DNA of 64,000 nucleotides from Felis catus (taxonomy: Eukaryota): positions 12,960,001-13,024,000 of the forward strand of contig NC_058383.1 in the NCBI RefSeq assembly GCF_018350175.1, in the 5' to 3' direction. The notes below the pieces were generated by a model. It was not told the origin of the DNA, ran no database searches, and saw only the letters and a list, made by a program, of their open reading frames with translations. The stretch's first letter is position 1. Each line of letters opens with the position of its first letter. Below are positions 50,251 to 63,442 of this stretch, one piece after another. Both the position numbers and the translations under genes were made by a program.

Positions 50251-51754
50251 GGGAGATTACCAGACACATTGGACTATTGTTTGCCTATAATTGTATTCAG
50301 AACTCTTGGAAGCATTGATTTGTTTCTGGCATACTGATTTGGCTCAACAGTCTCATAAAGCTCTTTTATAGTCTTCTTTGCTTTGGATTTTCCAAAAATA
50401 ATTGGAGAATAATAATAATGTAGCTGGTGATAAAGAAGAGAGAGTAAGCTTGAGAGCAAATTTCCAGCCAAGTGGATAGCCATAAACATCTTCTGTGCTC
50501 ATAAACACCTGGGTCTGTGACCTTTGTGTTTATAAGATATTTATTGCCTCATGGGCTTTCTCCTTGGGGGTTATCACTTCAGTGCCTTGTAAAATTTGAT
50601 TGTTTAGTAAGTAGATTCTGAATTTTTGCTGAGTAGGGAAAAAGTGTCCCTCTCCTCAGTTTTCCTTGGGAACAACTGATCTGTCCACAGGGACAGATCT
50701 TACCAAGTACAGAAGCAGGGAGCTTGGTTGTACTGGAGTTCCAGTGTGGAAACAGACAGTGGGACCCATCAAGGGTACCTTTTTGTACTTAATTAAGTGG
50801 CTTTTAATGGAAATGAGTTTTGAATGAAAGCCAGTGGGGCAACATAATGAATAAACCCAAGTAGTGATGATGTATTTTCTTCCTTAAGTAAAAATGAAGT
50901 TTTTGATCCCAGTCAAGGAACCTTTCTTGACATTGTTACCACCTTCTCACCCTTTCTTCCCATTTCCAAAACTGGCCTGAGGAAATGAGCCAGAGAAATG
51001 GTCTCCAGGTTCAGCTTCAGTGACTCTGATAAGAAGGTATGATACAGTGACGCACAGGCACAGGTAGATGCCTTCCATCTTCAGTGGTCCATTTAATCAT
51101 TTCTTCAGGAAATTCTGGGCGCTCTGTCAACTGTTATCTTCCCCCTGATGCTATTACTTAATTGTTCCTGAAGGAAACAGAGTTGGATCCCTGTGAGTGG
51201 ACAGGTATGCTGGACTGCCTGTGTAAGCTAGTAGTCGTTCATGGTCCACACAGTGGGGAGCAGGCATATGGGGGAAGTTATCAAGGATTTGGCATCTTTA
51301 GAGAGCTTTATTATAAGTGAACCAGCTCTATTATAATTCAAGTATGAGCCAGTCTGGAGGTGGATAAGCCCCATATTTATCAAAGGAGACTGTTCCACCT
51401 AAGATGTCGTTTCTTGTCCCATGAGGTTAATTGCTGCTACATTTCATGAAGTTTATGAGGTGTGCTTTCGTCTGCCCTGCTCCAATCAGATGGTATTGCT
51501 TGGAAGTAGTATTAGCACAAGATTGGTTCAGAGCTGTTTCTACAGTGGCACTCCACAGTGGACCTTGCTTGTGGGTAGAGAGGAGAAACCCTCCCACAGT
51601 GGCACGAGGGAGTGAGACACAAAGGCCATCAGTTAGTCAATAGTGATTTTTATCAAACACCAACTCTGTGCCTAGCTTTGTGAAATATGAAAGAATCATG
51701 TGCTCCGGGCCCCAAAGGTGCCTTCTACCCAGTTGGGGAGAGAGAAGTGTAGGT

Positions 51755-51869
51755 CAGTGGTTCTGCAATATGGTCCCCGGGTCGGTTGCATCATATCCTC
51801 TGGGAATTTGTTAGAATTGCAGATGTTCAGGCATCACCTCAGAATACTGCTAAAGTTCGAGAACGTTTG
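51755..51869. mobile_element. Short MER5A-like MITE inside an antisense L2 (about 51630-52130)
   Basis: CAGTGGTTCT...TTGTTAGAATTGCAGAT...AAGTTCGAGAAC; 8-bp TSD GTGTAGGT/CTTTAGGT. Confidence 0.75.
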
Positions 51870-54429
51870 CTTTAGGTTGAGCACTTCTAGGGGAAGAAAT
51901 GAGTAAACAAGGCGCATGGAATTATGGGCTGCTTTCTTGCAGGGCACAGGAAAGGAAAGAAAAAGATACCACAGGATGCTGAGCCCAATTGTCACTTACC
52001 TGTGAAAGGGGTGAGGGGAGGGAGGGAGCCAGGGTCATCAAGGTAATATCTCTGGGGAGAGGGAGTATGGAGCCAGGTTTTGAGGAGTGAATAGGAAAGC
52101 GAGAGAGCATCATAAATGAGCGCACATGTGGTGGTGAGCGTCTGTTCCTTCAAAGAGCTCAGCTAAGTATAGGGAGAACACGAACTCACAAACTCTAGCC
52201 AAGAAAAATAAATGTAAAATCAAGTACAGAACTCAGGCAGTTTTGTGAAGAAGGAAAAAAAATGTTCCTCACAAGTTGAATTCTAGTGTGAGTTCATCTC
52301 TTTTATCACCTCTGGCAGGGGTGCAGTTAATTGGGGCCAGGGATCTTGTACCTGGAGAGGCTTCATAAAGTGAGGATCTCAACTGGGGGATTTTATTTGC
52401 CTAAGGCCACTGCTTTAAAAGTGGGAGGCCCGTGGCTCTCATGAAAAAGAGGGATGACTGTGTGTAAGAAAGGATGAGCTGCCTACATAGGGAAAGGGCT
52501 CAGGGTTTGTAAAGTGTGTCATGTATCCTGGAGAGAGGGATCTAGAATCTCCCTTGGGGGTGGATCCAGAGGAGTGGGGATGTGAGGAGATATAAATTTA
52601 AGCTTCAGAAGTTTTTGTTTTCCTTTAAAGGCAGAAAAGAGCCCCTGAATTTTACCACACAGAGAAGTGACACGATTAGAGTTCCATCTCATGCATCTAA
52701 TTACAGGGGCATCAGTGACTGGAGGGAGGTAGGTAAGTCAGGAGGCTTTTCTCATCGTAAGGATGAGAGATGACAAGGCTTTGAACTAGTGCAGTTCTAG
52801 AAAAAAGATGGTGTGAGGAGTCATGGTGGTTGAAAGTGGGAGGGAAGAAATGGGGACCGCCCATTGAGCTTAGGTCTTACGTAGATGGTTTAATAAACTC
52901 CTTACACTGCCATTGGTAGATCTTAACTGTCACTGTTTTAATGATACGGAGATTGATTTTTCAGAAGGTCCGGAAGCTTTGTGGTGAGGAAGTGGCAAAT
53001 TTAAGATTTGACTCAAATCTGTCTGCCTGAAAAGCCTGTGCCCTTTCCACTCTAGATGCTAAACTTTGCAAAGAGAATGATACATTTTGTTTAGAATTGG
53101 GCAATTGTTGATCTTGTCCGAAGTCTCGAAGGCTGGGAGGAGGTGTTAAGAGAAAGGGAGACAACAGCATAGAACATTAAATTAAAGTTTCTTTGGTGGA
53201 ACTATATCTTAAAGAGCGTCAGCACAGGACACTAGAATCTTGCCCCACTCAAACGTGGACACAGGGTCTGTGCTGTTTTCTCTATTGACCAGTGATCTGG
53301 AAGTCACAGTTGAGAATGGAGTCTTTGATCCAGTATTTGCCTAGGCAGTTCTGTGAATCCTGGTCCCTTGAGGACATGCACATGGCTCCTACTCCTACTT
53401 TGCTTTGGTGTGAAGGTTGCGATTTTAACTTTACAAGGTCCTGTTGCTTACTTCATCTCACTTCCTGCAAAGGTCCCCCACATTACGCAAAGAACAAAAA
53501 TAAGTCCAAAATGGAATCCTAGGGAAATGGGAGGAGGAAAGACTATAGCTGAACCCGGATTTTGAGTTGTTTAGTCTAAGCTATTTGTTTTTTTATCTCC
53601 ACCTCCTTGCAAGCATATTGGTACTTGGCAATGTTAGGAGATAAGCAGAAGCATCATCCTTTCTGCACACCTGAATCTCCTTTTCAGCAGCTCTGCTCCT
53701 CCTCTGCCTCTTCGCACACACACCTTCCCACGTGTGATGTGCTGCTGTGTCCGCCTTGGTCCCCTCTCCCAAGGAGAAGCTGTGGAGACCTGGTGTTGGG
53801 TGTCAGGTTACACCTGGAAAGGAACCTGTGTTGGCCAGTAGTTGGCTTGCTGTGGGATTAGGCTGCTAGCCTCATTGAATCTGAACTTCACTCAGTGTAG
53901 ACTCTCAGGGAGGCACGGGGAATTTGTTTAGGTAAGGAGCCCTTGAAAGGAGCCCATTTGGTGAACTGTATGTCAGCAGCAGCGATGAAAAGATGCCTGA
54001 ACCTGTGTCCCACAGCAGCATAGTCTCTCAGCAAATTAGTAGATTGCTCCCGCTGTCAGTGCAACTCTTCCTTTACTGGTTTGTGTTCTTAACTGGTGAT
54101 TGCAGTTTTTATTGGGGAACGCACACATCAAACTAGTATCACTGTGCCAGGCGAAGTATCAACAGGTTTCCCTTACACTGGGGGTCGCTTCAGCTCACGC
54201 TCACTCAGCTCATGCCAAACGGTATCGTGATGTTAGCTTTTATGTACACATAAAAGGAAGTCTTTGTTAAATACTGGAGAAGTTTATGATTGCTAGGTGG
54301 GAAAAAGGCAGGAGGGTCTCAGTCATACAGGGAAAATTATGAGTGTTCCAAATGAACAGTGACAGAGAAATGGGCATGAAGGGTATTGAAGGGATTCTGT
54401 TTAGGTGCCTTCAGAGGAATTGAGAATGA

Positions 54430-54612
54430 TGTATTATGAACAGACAGCCTGACTTTAAATCCTACCTTGACCGACACCTTACTTCTCTCTGCCTCAGTTT
54501 TTTCATCTGTAATATAGAGATAATACTACCCACCTCACAGAACTATTGTAAGATTTACTTATATAATGCCTGTTGAGTGTTTAGCTTATTCACGGAATAT
54601 AATCAATAAATC
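54430..54612 (+). mobile_element. MIR
   Basis: CTTACTTCTCTCTGCCTCAGTTTTTTCATCTGTAATATAGAGATAA...ACCTCACAGAACTATTGTAAGATT. Confidence 0.8.
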
Positions 54613-55422
54613 AGTAATTAATAAATATACCATTTAATTATATCATGAATCATCATTATTGTTTGTGGGAATTGGTACCTTTGGGTCATTTGTTGTGGCA
54701 GAAGTATAAATTCTCTAGGAACACAAGAGAACCAGTGCTCGATTTCTGTCTCCTGGTCTTGGCTGGGTTACACTGTGTACTCTTTCCATCAGTTCTATAA
54801 TACCTCAGTTCAGAGCACCTGCCATGCTGGACAAGCCACTTGAGCATCTCCGTTTTCTTCGGACATCTTCACCGTTCCCCTCATTTTGACAAGGCCATGG
54901 AAAGGGAGTAGCCAGATCAGGATGTGAACGTTTGGCATTGCCAGTGGCTGTAGTTCTCACTGTGGCTCAACTTTTGTCAATTTGGGGTAGTTCCTAGGGA
55001 AATTGAGCTTTGCAACTTCTTATGTGTGCGTATATTTCCTGATCTGCTCTGGAGGACAGCTGAAGGCTGAGTCTGTTTTGGAGATTGTGAACAAGGTTGG
55101 TGAGGTTGAACCTTAAGCAGAAAATACACTTGCCACACACTGATGATACCTCCTTTTCACTGCTGATTGTGTGTGGGTAGGAACTTACATTCAGGAAATA
55201 TGTTTACTGACACAGATTTGCTGGGCTACTCTAAAAAGGAATTCCTCTCTTTACCCAGTAAATAGAGCTTCCTTTAAGCTTTACACAGTTCTGTCTTTAA
55301 TGTTAAGTTTTGTTACCTATATGAACAAGGCCACTTCTCTAAGTGTCAGACCTTCTCTGTTGAATGGATCACTGCCATCTAATGATATAAGAGAAATCTC
55401 TCTGAGACAGAAGAACCTGAAA

Positions 55423-55596
55423 CAGTGGTTCTCAACTCCGGAGACACTTTAGAATCACTTAGGGAGCTTTTAAAGGATCCCAGCGCCGGGGTCACCATTC
55501 CAGATACTCCGTAGTTGCTCTACTGTGGCACCCGGACATTGGTGTTTTAAAAACATTCCTCAGATGGTGCTAGTGTCTGACCAGATTGAGACTCGA
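55423..55596. mobile_element. MER5B-like MITE
   Basis: CAGTGGTTCTCAAC...TTAGAATCACTTAGGGAGCTTTTAAA. Confidence 0.75.
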
Positions 55597-58235
55597 GAGG
55601 ATTTTTGATGGAAGATCCAATGGAATGAGAGCAGTTCTAGTCTTTTTTCAGCAGTAGCCCTTTTGCCTTCCACTGCAGCGCTCCCTTGGACAGTGGAGCG
55701 GTGCAGCTGTGCTGGGATGGCAGTGCAGAGGGTAGCAATTGTGTCTTCTCGCCGCCCATCTAGTGCCCACTTACACTGATGCCCAGCTCCACCCCTCCCC
55801 CACTGCACGTGTCTCGGATGACTGAAATAATGGAATTGAGCCCAGATTTACCAGCTGGTCATTTTTACTTAATCCCGAGCCTTTTCCTTTCTGCGATCCA
55901 CGAGGGGGCAGGTCCACAAGCAGATACTTTTATCGTTCCAGAAGGAGAAAGACAGCTAGCTTTGAGATTCTTGAGTCATAAAAGTGGTCTTTGGTTAAGA
56001 TAACAAGGGCTTGCTGTGTACAGGAAAGATGTCAGGTAAAGGGGTGATACCCGTGGTGCCGCTCGTTACCTCTTTAAGCACCTAGTTCGGACCAGGGCTG
56101 TGGGTTCTGCACACCAATGGAAATGGGTTCTCTGTTGCCCAATTTTGCTCTTAAACACAAATAGCTGTTTTGTTTAGGGGAATTGGGGCCTCTTTTTATT
56201 CTTCTCCTTTTTATTTTTTCCTTTTTAGATATCCCAGATTGCATCAAAGCCTGCAGCTGTAGTTATTCATAAAGGGAGAATTCTATGAACACTGGAGAAC
56301 ATGGCCTGGGAGTTTGATAAACTGTTATTTTTTGGTTTTGTAGATTGAGCCGTATCAAACATGTACTTAAGCAAGAGAAGCCCCTTGCAAGTGCTTTTAT
56401 GCACAGTTTAGTGTTAATTTTCTATCCAGAGGTTATTTTAATTTCCCACAAAGCTGTGGGCTAGCAGAGTAAGTCCTTATTGTCTCCAATTTATGCATAA
56501 AAAAATTTAAGACTCAGAGAGGTTGAGTGACCTGGCTTAGGTGACAGAGCTGGGCCTTTCAATGTAAATTCCTTCAGTACACTGAGCTTTGGGTAGTGCT
56601 TTTGCTGGGATTAGAACACCCTATAAATGTGACTAATGGCATCTCAGGGTTCTGTTTGTCCTAGCTATTGTAGTTTGAATCCTTTGTTTGCATTTGCGTG
56701 TGCTTGCTTGTGTGCATGTGTGTGTGTAACTCCATTAATATTAAGCATCTTGGCCATTTGCTTCTGCGGAATGCAGTTGATAGCTGGAAATGTACATTTG
56801 ACGTGGTCAAGAGAGTGTCATCTTTTATTAACAGTTATAATTTTTGTCCTGCCAAGGAGCCTATATTCACTGTTAGTCTATTGTAAGTGTGGCTATTCAA
56901 GTGTAGTATTTTATTTGTAGGCAGAGTATTTTTCTCAGCCTGTATTGTTTGCTTAGAATGACAGTGTTGAAAGCTTAACACATTGAGAAGATGAAGTTTT
57001 TCTGGGTGGTCTGTGGGTTGTTTTCATTCACCCAACAAGTGATGGGGTGAGTGCCTACTGTGTGTCAGGGGCTGTTTACTTTACTTCCATCTTAAGGAAA
57101 TCTAGCATAAAAATAAAACTGCACATAGGTTAAGGGAGAGTCTACACTCAGTTTTGGTTATGTCTTTTTCATGCTAGTTTGGCTGCTGAGCTTTATTGAT
57201 TTTTTGACTTTCAGGAGACAGGGTTTCCCCTAGTCGCTTGATACGCCCAGGGTGGGAAATGCTTTCCTTGCTCCCCAGAAATATCTCATGGAGAGGTGCT
57301 TGTGGCTGCTGGGAATTTGGAACGAGCCACCTCACGTGGAGCTGCCTGGGTGGTGCTCTGTCATTCCATCCGGTTTTCCCTCTTCCCCTCATTCGTGCTC
57401 CCTCCTTACCCTCTCAAGCGGAGCCTCTCTTCGCTTCTTGGTTCCTGTATGCCAGAGAGGTTAATTTTACCCGAATGTGATGACAGTAGTCAGGGTTGAA
57501 GATCTCAGATGCAGAAAAGTGGATTTTGTACTCAGGAGCCGCTTCCCTTGTGCATTAGCACAGCACATTTATCTCCATCCCAGAGAACTTCTGCTACGGA
57601 GATAGATCATAACCATTAAAGAGGGGGGAAAAGGAGGAAGAAAATCTGTGTATTCCGAAGATGATTGCAGTAGATGCTCCACTAGAAATCTGAAGCATGA
57701 AGTGCATGTTAGAACATGACAAGAAGTCTCCTTAAAACAGGAGGACTGAACGGGTGAAAGGAAAGCACTCCTGCCATTTTAAGGGATGCAGGCATTGACT
57801 CCTCACCTTGGTGAAAAGAAACAAAGCATTTCTCTTTGGTTGATATCAGTGGGCTTTCAGAGTCTCAGGGGAGGAGACAAGGGTTGTTCTGTCCTTTATT
57901 TATCTTGCTTGAGCTACCCCTGGAATCTTTGGTGGAGTGTCTCTGAGATTGCTCACTCTCAGCTGTCTGTAGCCTTGTGGCCATTGTATATGTTTATTCT
58001 CACTGAGGAAGGCCATGGCAGGCTCTTCTTCCTCTTCTGTTTTTTGTTTTTGTTTTTGGTCTTGTTTCTTTTGTAGACAAGGGCATTCTGTAGTAATTCT
58101 CTTGTAGAAACCTCCATGCCTCAAATCCGGTCACACAGAACAGGTTGTGAATAATCAACATTCTGTGAGGACTTGATCAGATGTCTGGGAAATAGGATTC
58201 ATATCTTGTCTCTATAGGAGATATCAACCTAAATC

Positions 58236-58727
58236 TGTCAGCTTACCCTTCATCCTTGCTGGCAGAGCCCCAGTTTCATTTAGGTGTTCACATTCCGTGT
58301 GGACTTGAGTTCCAGGGAGTACATCGTGATTAATCTAAGCCAATCATGATAATTCCACTCCTCCTTCTGGTTAGAGGTTCAGGTCTGGCCAACTGAACAT
58401 TAGGAAATCTTGTGTGGATGCTTCTGGAAAAAGTGCCCTTGCATCTGAAGAGAGAAGAAACGTCTCTCATCTCTGGCGGTTGTTTGTATGTGGTGCTTTG
58501 CAGGTGGCAGCAGCTCTCTCTGAACCATGAGGTGGCCTCAGAGGGCAAACCAACATGTAGGGGACAGAACAGCTGAAAGAAAGATAGGATCTTTGATCAT
58601 CTTGTTCAGCTGCTGAGTGACCAACCTAGACTCACTCATTCTATCTGAGGACTTCTTGTTATGTGTGAGGAAAACCAGTTTTTTTTTTTTTTTAAACTTC
58701 AGAGGGAGCATTCGAACAGGGGGGAGG

Positions 58728-58770
<43 letters not shown>

Positions 58771-58968
58771 AGTCTAAAGCAGGCTCCATGCTCAGCACAG
58801 AGCTTGACACAGGGCTCGATCCTACAACCCTGGGATCATGACCTGAGCTGAAATCAAAAGAGTCGGACGCTCAACCAACTGCACCACCCAGGTGCCCCAC
58901 CAATTCTTATTTAAGCTATTTTAGTTGAGTGTTTTGTTTTCCTACAGTCCAGTGTATTCTGATATACG
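58236..58968 (+). mobile_element. MLT1-family solo LTR split by a SINE
   Basis: CTAAGCCAATCATG...CAGCTCTCTCTGAACCATGAGG...GGACTTCTTGTTATGTG [SINE] TTTAAGCTATTTTAGTTGAGT...CTGATATAC; 5' boundary approximate. Confidence 0.8.
58680..58897 (-). mobile_element. CAN-SINE (older) with (GA)n
   Basis: Antisense body ending CACCCAGGTGCCCC; short TSD ACCARTT. Confidence 0.94.
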
Positions 58969-59627
58969 GTCTTACTCATCCATCAGATGGTTTGAGATAA
59001 AATCAGAAAATGTTGAAAATACTTTTGCATGTGTGTTATGCTCATGATTAGCATAAATATTGTCAATATCACAACATTGTGCACTGTTTAGTGTTCTTGT
59101 ACTTTGCTCCTGGATCACTTTTTCTGGCACTTTTCTCCATAGCAAGGGGACAGGCCATTAGGCTGAAAAGCAGTCATGTAAAAGATTGTCTGGGACTTGC
59201 TGAGCAAAGTTTCTATAACAATTGACATGATAAGCAACTCTTGAAAGTTAGTATGAGGCAAAAATTCCTGATAAACTCATGTTTCTTATTGTTGGAAAGT
59301 GACAAATAAATTAACCCAGTATATTTCCCCTTTGTCTTGCTTTGGTCAGTAGCTCTAATCCAACTTTGATGCTAAATGGTATTCCATCTAAAATTCCAAG
59401 TGTATCTTTCTTCTAATTTTGGTATTTGGTTTTATTTATTTTGGTTATTGTAACAAGTCAGTAGTCTGTATTACATCCTCATTGCAAATAGCTAACCACC
59501 TTTGGTTTCACTGTTACTGAGGAAACATTTCTGATTAGCTTAAAGGAGTGTCCCAGATACCTTGTAATGGATCATACTTGTTTGATTACTCATTCATCCA
59601 TTCATTATACAAATGCCAGCCAGGTAC

Positions 59628-59632
<5 letters not shown>

Positions 59633-59666
<34 letters not shown>

Positions 59667-59751
59667 TATATATACACATACATATACACACATATACGTA
59701 CATATATATACATATTCATATATATATATATTCATATATATATATATATAT
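59633..59751. repeat. Compound (TA)n/(CA)n microsatellite
   Basis: Seen directly, at an L2-like tail. Confidence 0.95.
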
Positions 59752-59842
59752 TAGTTTGGGTATAGGGCACAAGAAAAGAAAGCACTAGGAACTTAGAATT
59801 ATGCATTAACAGAGCACTTAAGTTAGGGGAAAGTCATTTTTC

Positions 59843-60060
59843 TTAAAATTTTTTTTTCAACGTTTATTTATTTTTGGGACAGAGAGAGACACAGCATGAA
59901 CGGGGGAGGGGCAGAGAGAGAGGGAGACACAGAATCAGAAACAGGCTCCAGGCTCCGAGCCATCAGCCCAGAGCCTGACGCGGGGCTCTAACTCACGGAC
60001 CGCGAGATCGTGACCTGGCTGAAGTCGGACGCTTAACCGACTGCGCCACCCAGGCGCCCC
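59843..60060 (-). mobile_element. CAN-SINE, young felid subfamily
   Basis: Same diagnostic bases as 9248-9467; perfect TSD GGGAAAGTCATTTTTC. Confidence 0.98.
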
Positions 60061-61495
60061 TAGGGAAAGTCATTTTTCATTGCTGGTCCTGAGGAGAGTT
60101 TTCAAGTTGACTGAAAAGTATTGATTTGAGGAATGCTGATGATTTTCATCGCCTTTCCTATCTCCGAACTAAGTGTAATCCCTTTAGAAGTTGAGAGTCA
60201 GAAAACCTTTATTAATAGTGAAAGGACAGGAAAGGAAGACTTTCCTAGACATCACAGTACTGTAATCAGCCAGCATTCAATCCGGGAAATTCTGGGGGCC
60301 AGTAAATACTTTATTTATATACTATGATTCTCATTTCACTTTCCCCAACCAAGGAAGTGGGGAGGGAAGGTTGGAGTCTTTTTCATTCTTTTGCAATTTG
60401 CTTCTTTTGAAAGCTTTTTCCCTTCTAAAGGAAGGTAAAAACAATCTCCTTGAGTAGCGTGATTGCAGTTAGGGAACAAGGTTTTTATTCTCTGAGTTTT
60501 GTGCTCTGGTGGAGGCGTTGGAACATCATCACTGGAAATGAGATGCTGAACCCCAGGATTACTTCATCCTGAAGATTCCAGAATCTGAACAATAACAAGG
60601 ATCAGCCAGTTTGAACAGCTTCTTGATTGGTGTCTTGTAGCTGCCAGTCATGGTCAAGAAACACCTCCCTTCTCTGTTGTAGATCATTTGGTCTTTCCAG
60701 AGGATCAGAGAGTCTGGAAAGACCCATGTTCCTCTTGTCTTTTGTGCATCAGTCTTAGCCTTGCTCAAAGCCATGGCTTCCCTTCCCTTAAGCCAGGAGC
60801 CTACTGTCCTGTCAGGAATGTAGGTTTCCTTTTTTTCCTTTTTTTCTTTGAGTCCTATGACAGTGTTGTGCCTTTGTGTTGGGCATCAGATGGATCCCAG
60901 GTGGCTCACCTTTTAAAGAGAACCTGCACTAAGTGGCAGGGAGAAAATAGAATCATCCATATTGATGATGAAAAATCTCAGGAGGCTTCCATTGTACCCT
61001 AAATCTTCTCTCTTAAGGTGGTGAGAGAGTGAGGTATAGAATTTGAAAGTAAAAATCCTTATATCCCTTTACTCCGTAATTGAAAGATACTTGGCTTTGG
61101 CCCTTGACATGATTTAAATGGTGATAGATTTAAGTGATGCTTTGTGACTGAGTTAATTTTCAGGGTTTTAACTCATTTGCTATGTTGGTTCAGCAGCCCT
61201 AAGCAGCAGTAGTATTTTGTGTGACAATTTCAAAAGATTGTTTGAGTCAGTGGTAGTAGTCGTCCCTAAGGTAGCCATTGTGCTGAAATTTTTAGAAGAG
61301 CCCCTAGGTGCTGAAATCTGTATCTTCCTTTCTTTTCCAGAAGAAGTGTGTTGGTTGAGGTTGTGAGATCTGGAACTGGATTTAACTTCTGTTGCATTTT
61401 AAACCTTTGTTTTGATTCTTCTGTTTTTAATAACAGCATTTTTTCCCTCTGATCATCTACTGAAAAGTGTAGGTGACAGTAAGCATCACTAGAAT

Positions 61496-61737
61496 GGTGG
61501 TTTTGAATATGGGAATGGTAAGTGTGTTATACTCCACAGTAATTACACTAAAAAATTTATTCCACAAAAAATTATATCCACATTCATAGAACAGAATCAT
61601 CCGGAAATTAAAAAAAAAAAAAAAAAAGTCATGTATGGGTCCCATCCCAGACGGATTGAATCTGAACCTCTGGGAATAAATGTATAATTTCAAGTTTCTT
61701 AAGGGACGCTAAACGGCAGGTAGGTTGAGAATCACTG
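61496..61737. mobile_element. MER5/Charlie-like MITE
   Basis: GGGTCCCATCCCAGAC...TGAATCTGAACCTCTGGG...GGTTGAGAATCACTG end. Confidence 0.65.
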
Positions 61738-63337
61738 CTCTAGGCCCTTGGGTAGGGGAACAAGAGAGCTCTGTTAAGTTCTTTATACTTGGTTTTACCA
61801 GCTGCTTTGCCTTATTCTCATTGTTAAACAAATACCAGTGTTATAGCAAATGCCCTGTTATAGCCCTAATTCACCCTTCTTGTCAGGCTGGCTAGCCTTA
61901 TCATGTTGTAGTTCACTTTCATTGGACTTAGGAAAACAGTGCAATAGACTTTCACCCACGTGTATACAGTGCAAGGCCTTTAATTCATAGGATTGAAATT
62001 GTTTTAAAGTGAGGTTGAATTACCTTTCTATACCCCAGTTTGCGCTTCTGTTTTAGGCGGGGCTCCCTAGTTATCCTTCATTACCTGAATAAAAGAATAG
62101 TCAGGGATGTTTCCAAGGCTTTTTGAGCCAACCCTTCATGCTGGAGGGAGGTTTAGGAAAGACCCAGTCTCCCTCCCTCATTTCCAACAGAATGAGTATT
62201 GTTGAATCGCTTGATCCTGGCTCTGTGAAATAATACACAAGAGGAATTTCTGCTTTATGACTTTAATCTGATAAACTCTACTTGCTGTGGCGTGTTAGAT
62301 TCTCTGTGTGTTCCTCTGTTCCCGCCAGCATAATCCCAGCCTTATGTGTAGCAGCTAGCATGCAAGGCCCGAAACTCAAACCCAGCCTTGATGCAGACTT
62401 CAAACAAGAACTACTTTACACAAAGCTCTGTGATAAGACGAGGCACTTAACATTACCGCTGCCGGGCTCCCAAAAGGAGCAGAAGGAAGTGGCAGATCCA
62501 GAGAATCCCATGAAATTTCCTTCTGAGCTTGGGCTCGAAGCAGCCAACCACCGTAACCAAATAAAGCAAGACCAATTTAATAACTCTTGTGTTTCTTGTA
62601 TCTTTTTTCCTGTTCTCATCTTTTATATTATATTCCTACATTTTCTTTTCTCTCCCTTACTTACTTTTTCCATTCATATCTTTCCTGTGTTTTCTTCTCT
62701 ACTCCATGCATGTCTCTCCTGCCTCTTCGTTTTTCTTCTCATCTGTGTTTTTGCATTTCTCACTGTTGGAGAGCCAGGAATCTTGTATAATTTGGGAATT
62801 AACCAAACATTGGGGTGTTTATCCAAAGTGAACTTTGGATCCTCGGATGGTTTCTTTTATGCTCATTTTCAGTCTCACTAATTTCTAGAACCAGTTGGCT
62901 GGAGAGTAAGCCACAGAGTGCACCTGTGGCGTAGAACTCATCCAGAGTGGTCAGAAACAAGGAAAAGAGAATGAAAATAAATCCTTTCTAAAAGAGATTT
63001 ACAATACTGGTTTTATTTGTTTTTAAGAGACATGACCTTGTCAGTCTAGTACCTTTACTTGTGCAAGTGTAGTTTTTCATGGAAACAAAGCAAATAATAT
63101 AGATTGGTATATACCAGGAAAAATTTGGTTTAAAGACACAGTGTGAACTTCAGTAGAAAGATTCTTTAAATTCTAAACAGAGAAATGGGAACAAAGTTAT
63201 ATTCATATGTGTGTGTGGGGACAAGCTTATCCATACACATATTTATTTCTGCATGTACACATAGAATAATGTTAAAGCATTGTTAAGTATCTATCTATGG
63301 AGGTAATTTGTTGATACAGACAAGCAATGTGGTGATC

Positions 63338-63442
63338 TTTTTATTGAGAAATAATTGACTTACCCCCACTGTAGGAGTTTAAGGGTTAATGGTGTTTGAT
63401 TTACATTTATTATAAAATGATTTCCATGGTAGGTTAACCCAT
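63338..63442 (-). mobile_element. Short L1 3' terminal fragment
   Basis: TTTTTATTGAGAAATAATTGAC...AGTTTAAGG...TTTGATTTACAT...AAATGATTTCCA. Confidence 0.65.

Noticed and set aside
55748..55770. CTCF-like CGCCCATCTAGTGCC
   Set aside because: It mismatches at key core positions and cannot be supported without a PWM score or ChIP data
56195..56330. Strong acceptor TTTTTTCCTTTTTAG|ATATCC
   Set aside because: Stops occur in all three frames within about 60 nt and there is no good nearby donor
62282..62881. 199-aa ORF as a membrane protein gene
   Set aside because: It starts at a non-ATG codon, the hydrophobic half is just a T/C-rich low-complexity tract and no family is recognisable; kept only as a compositional finding
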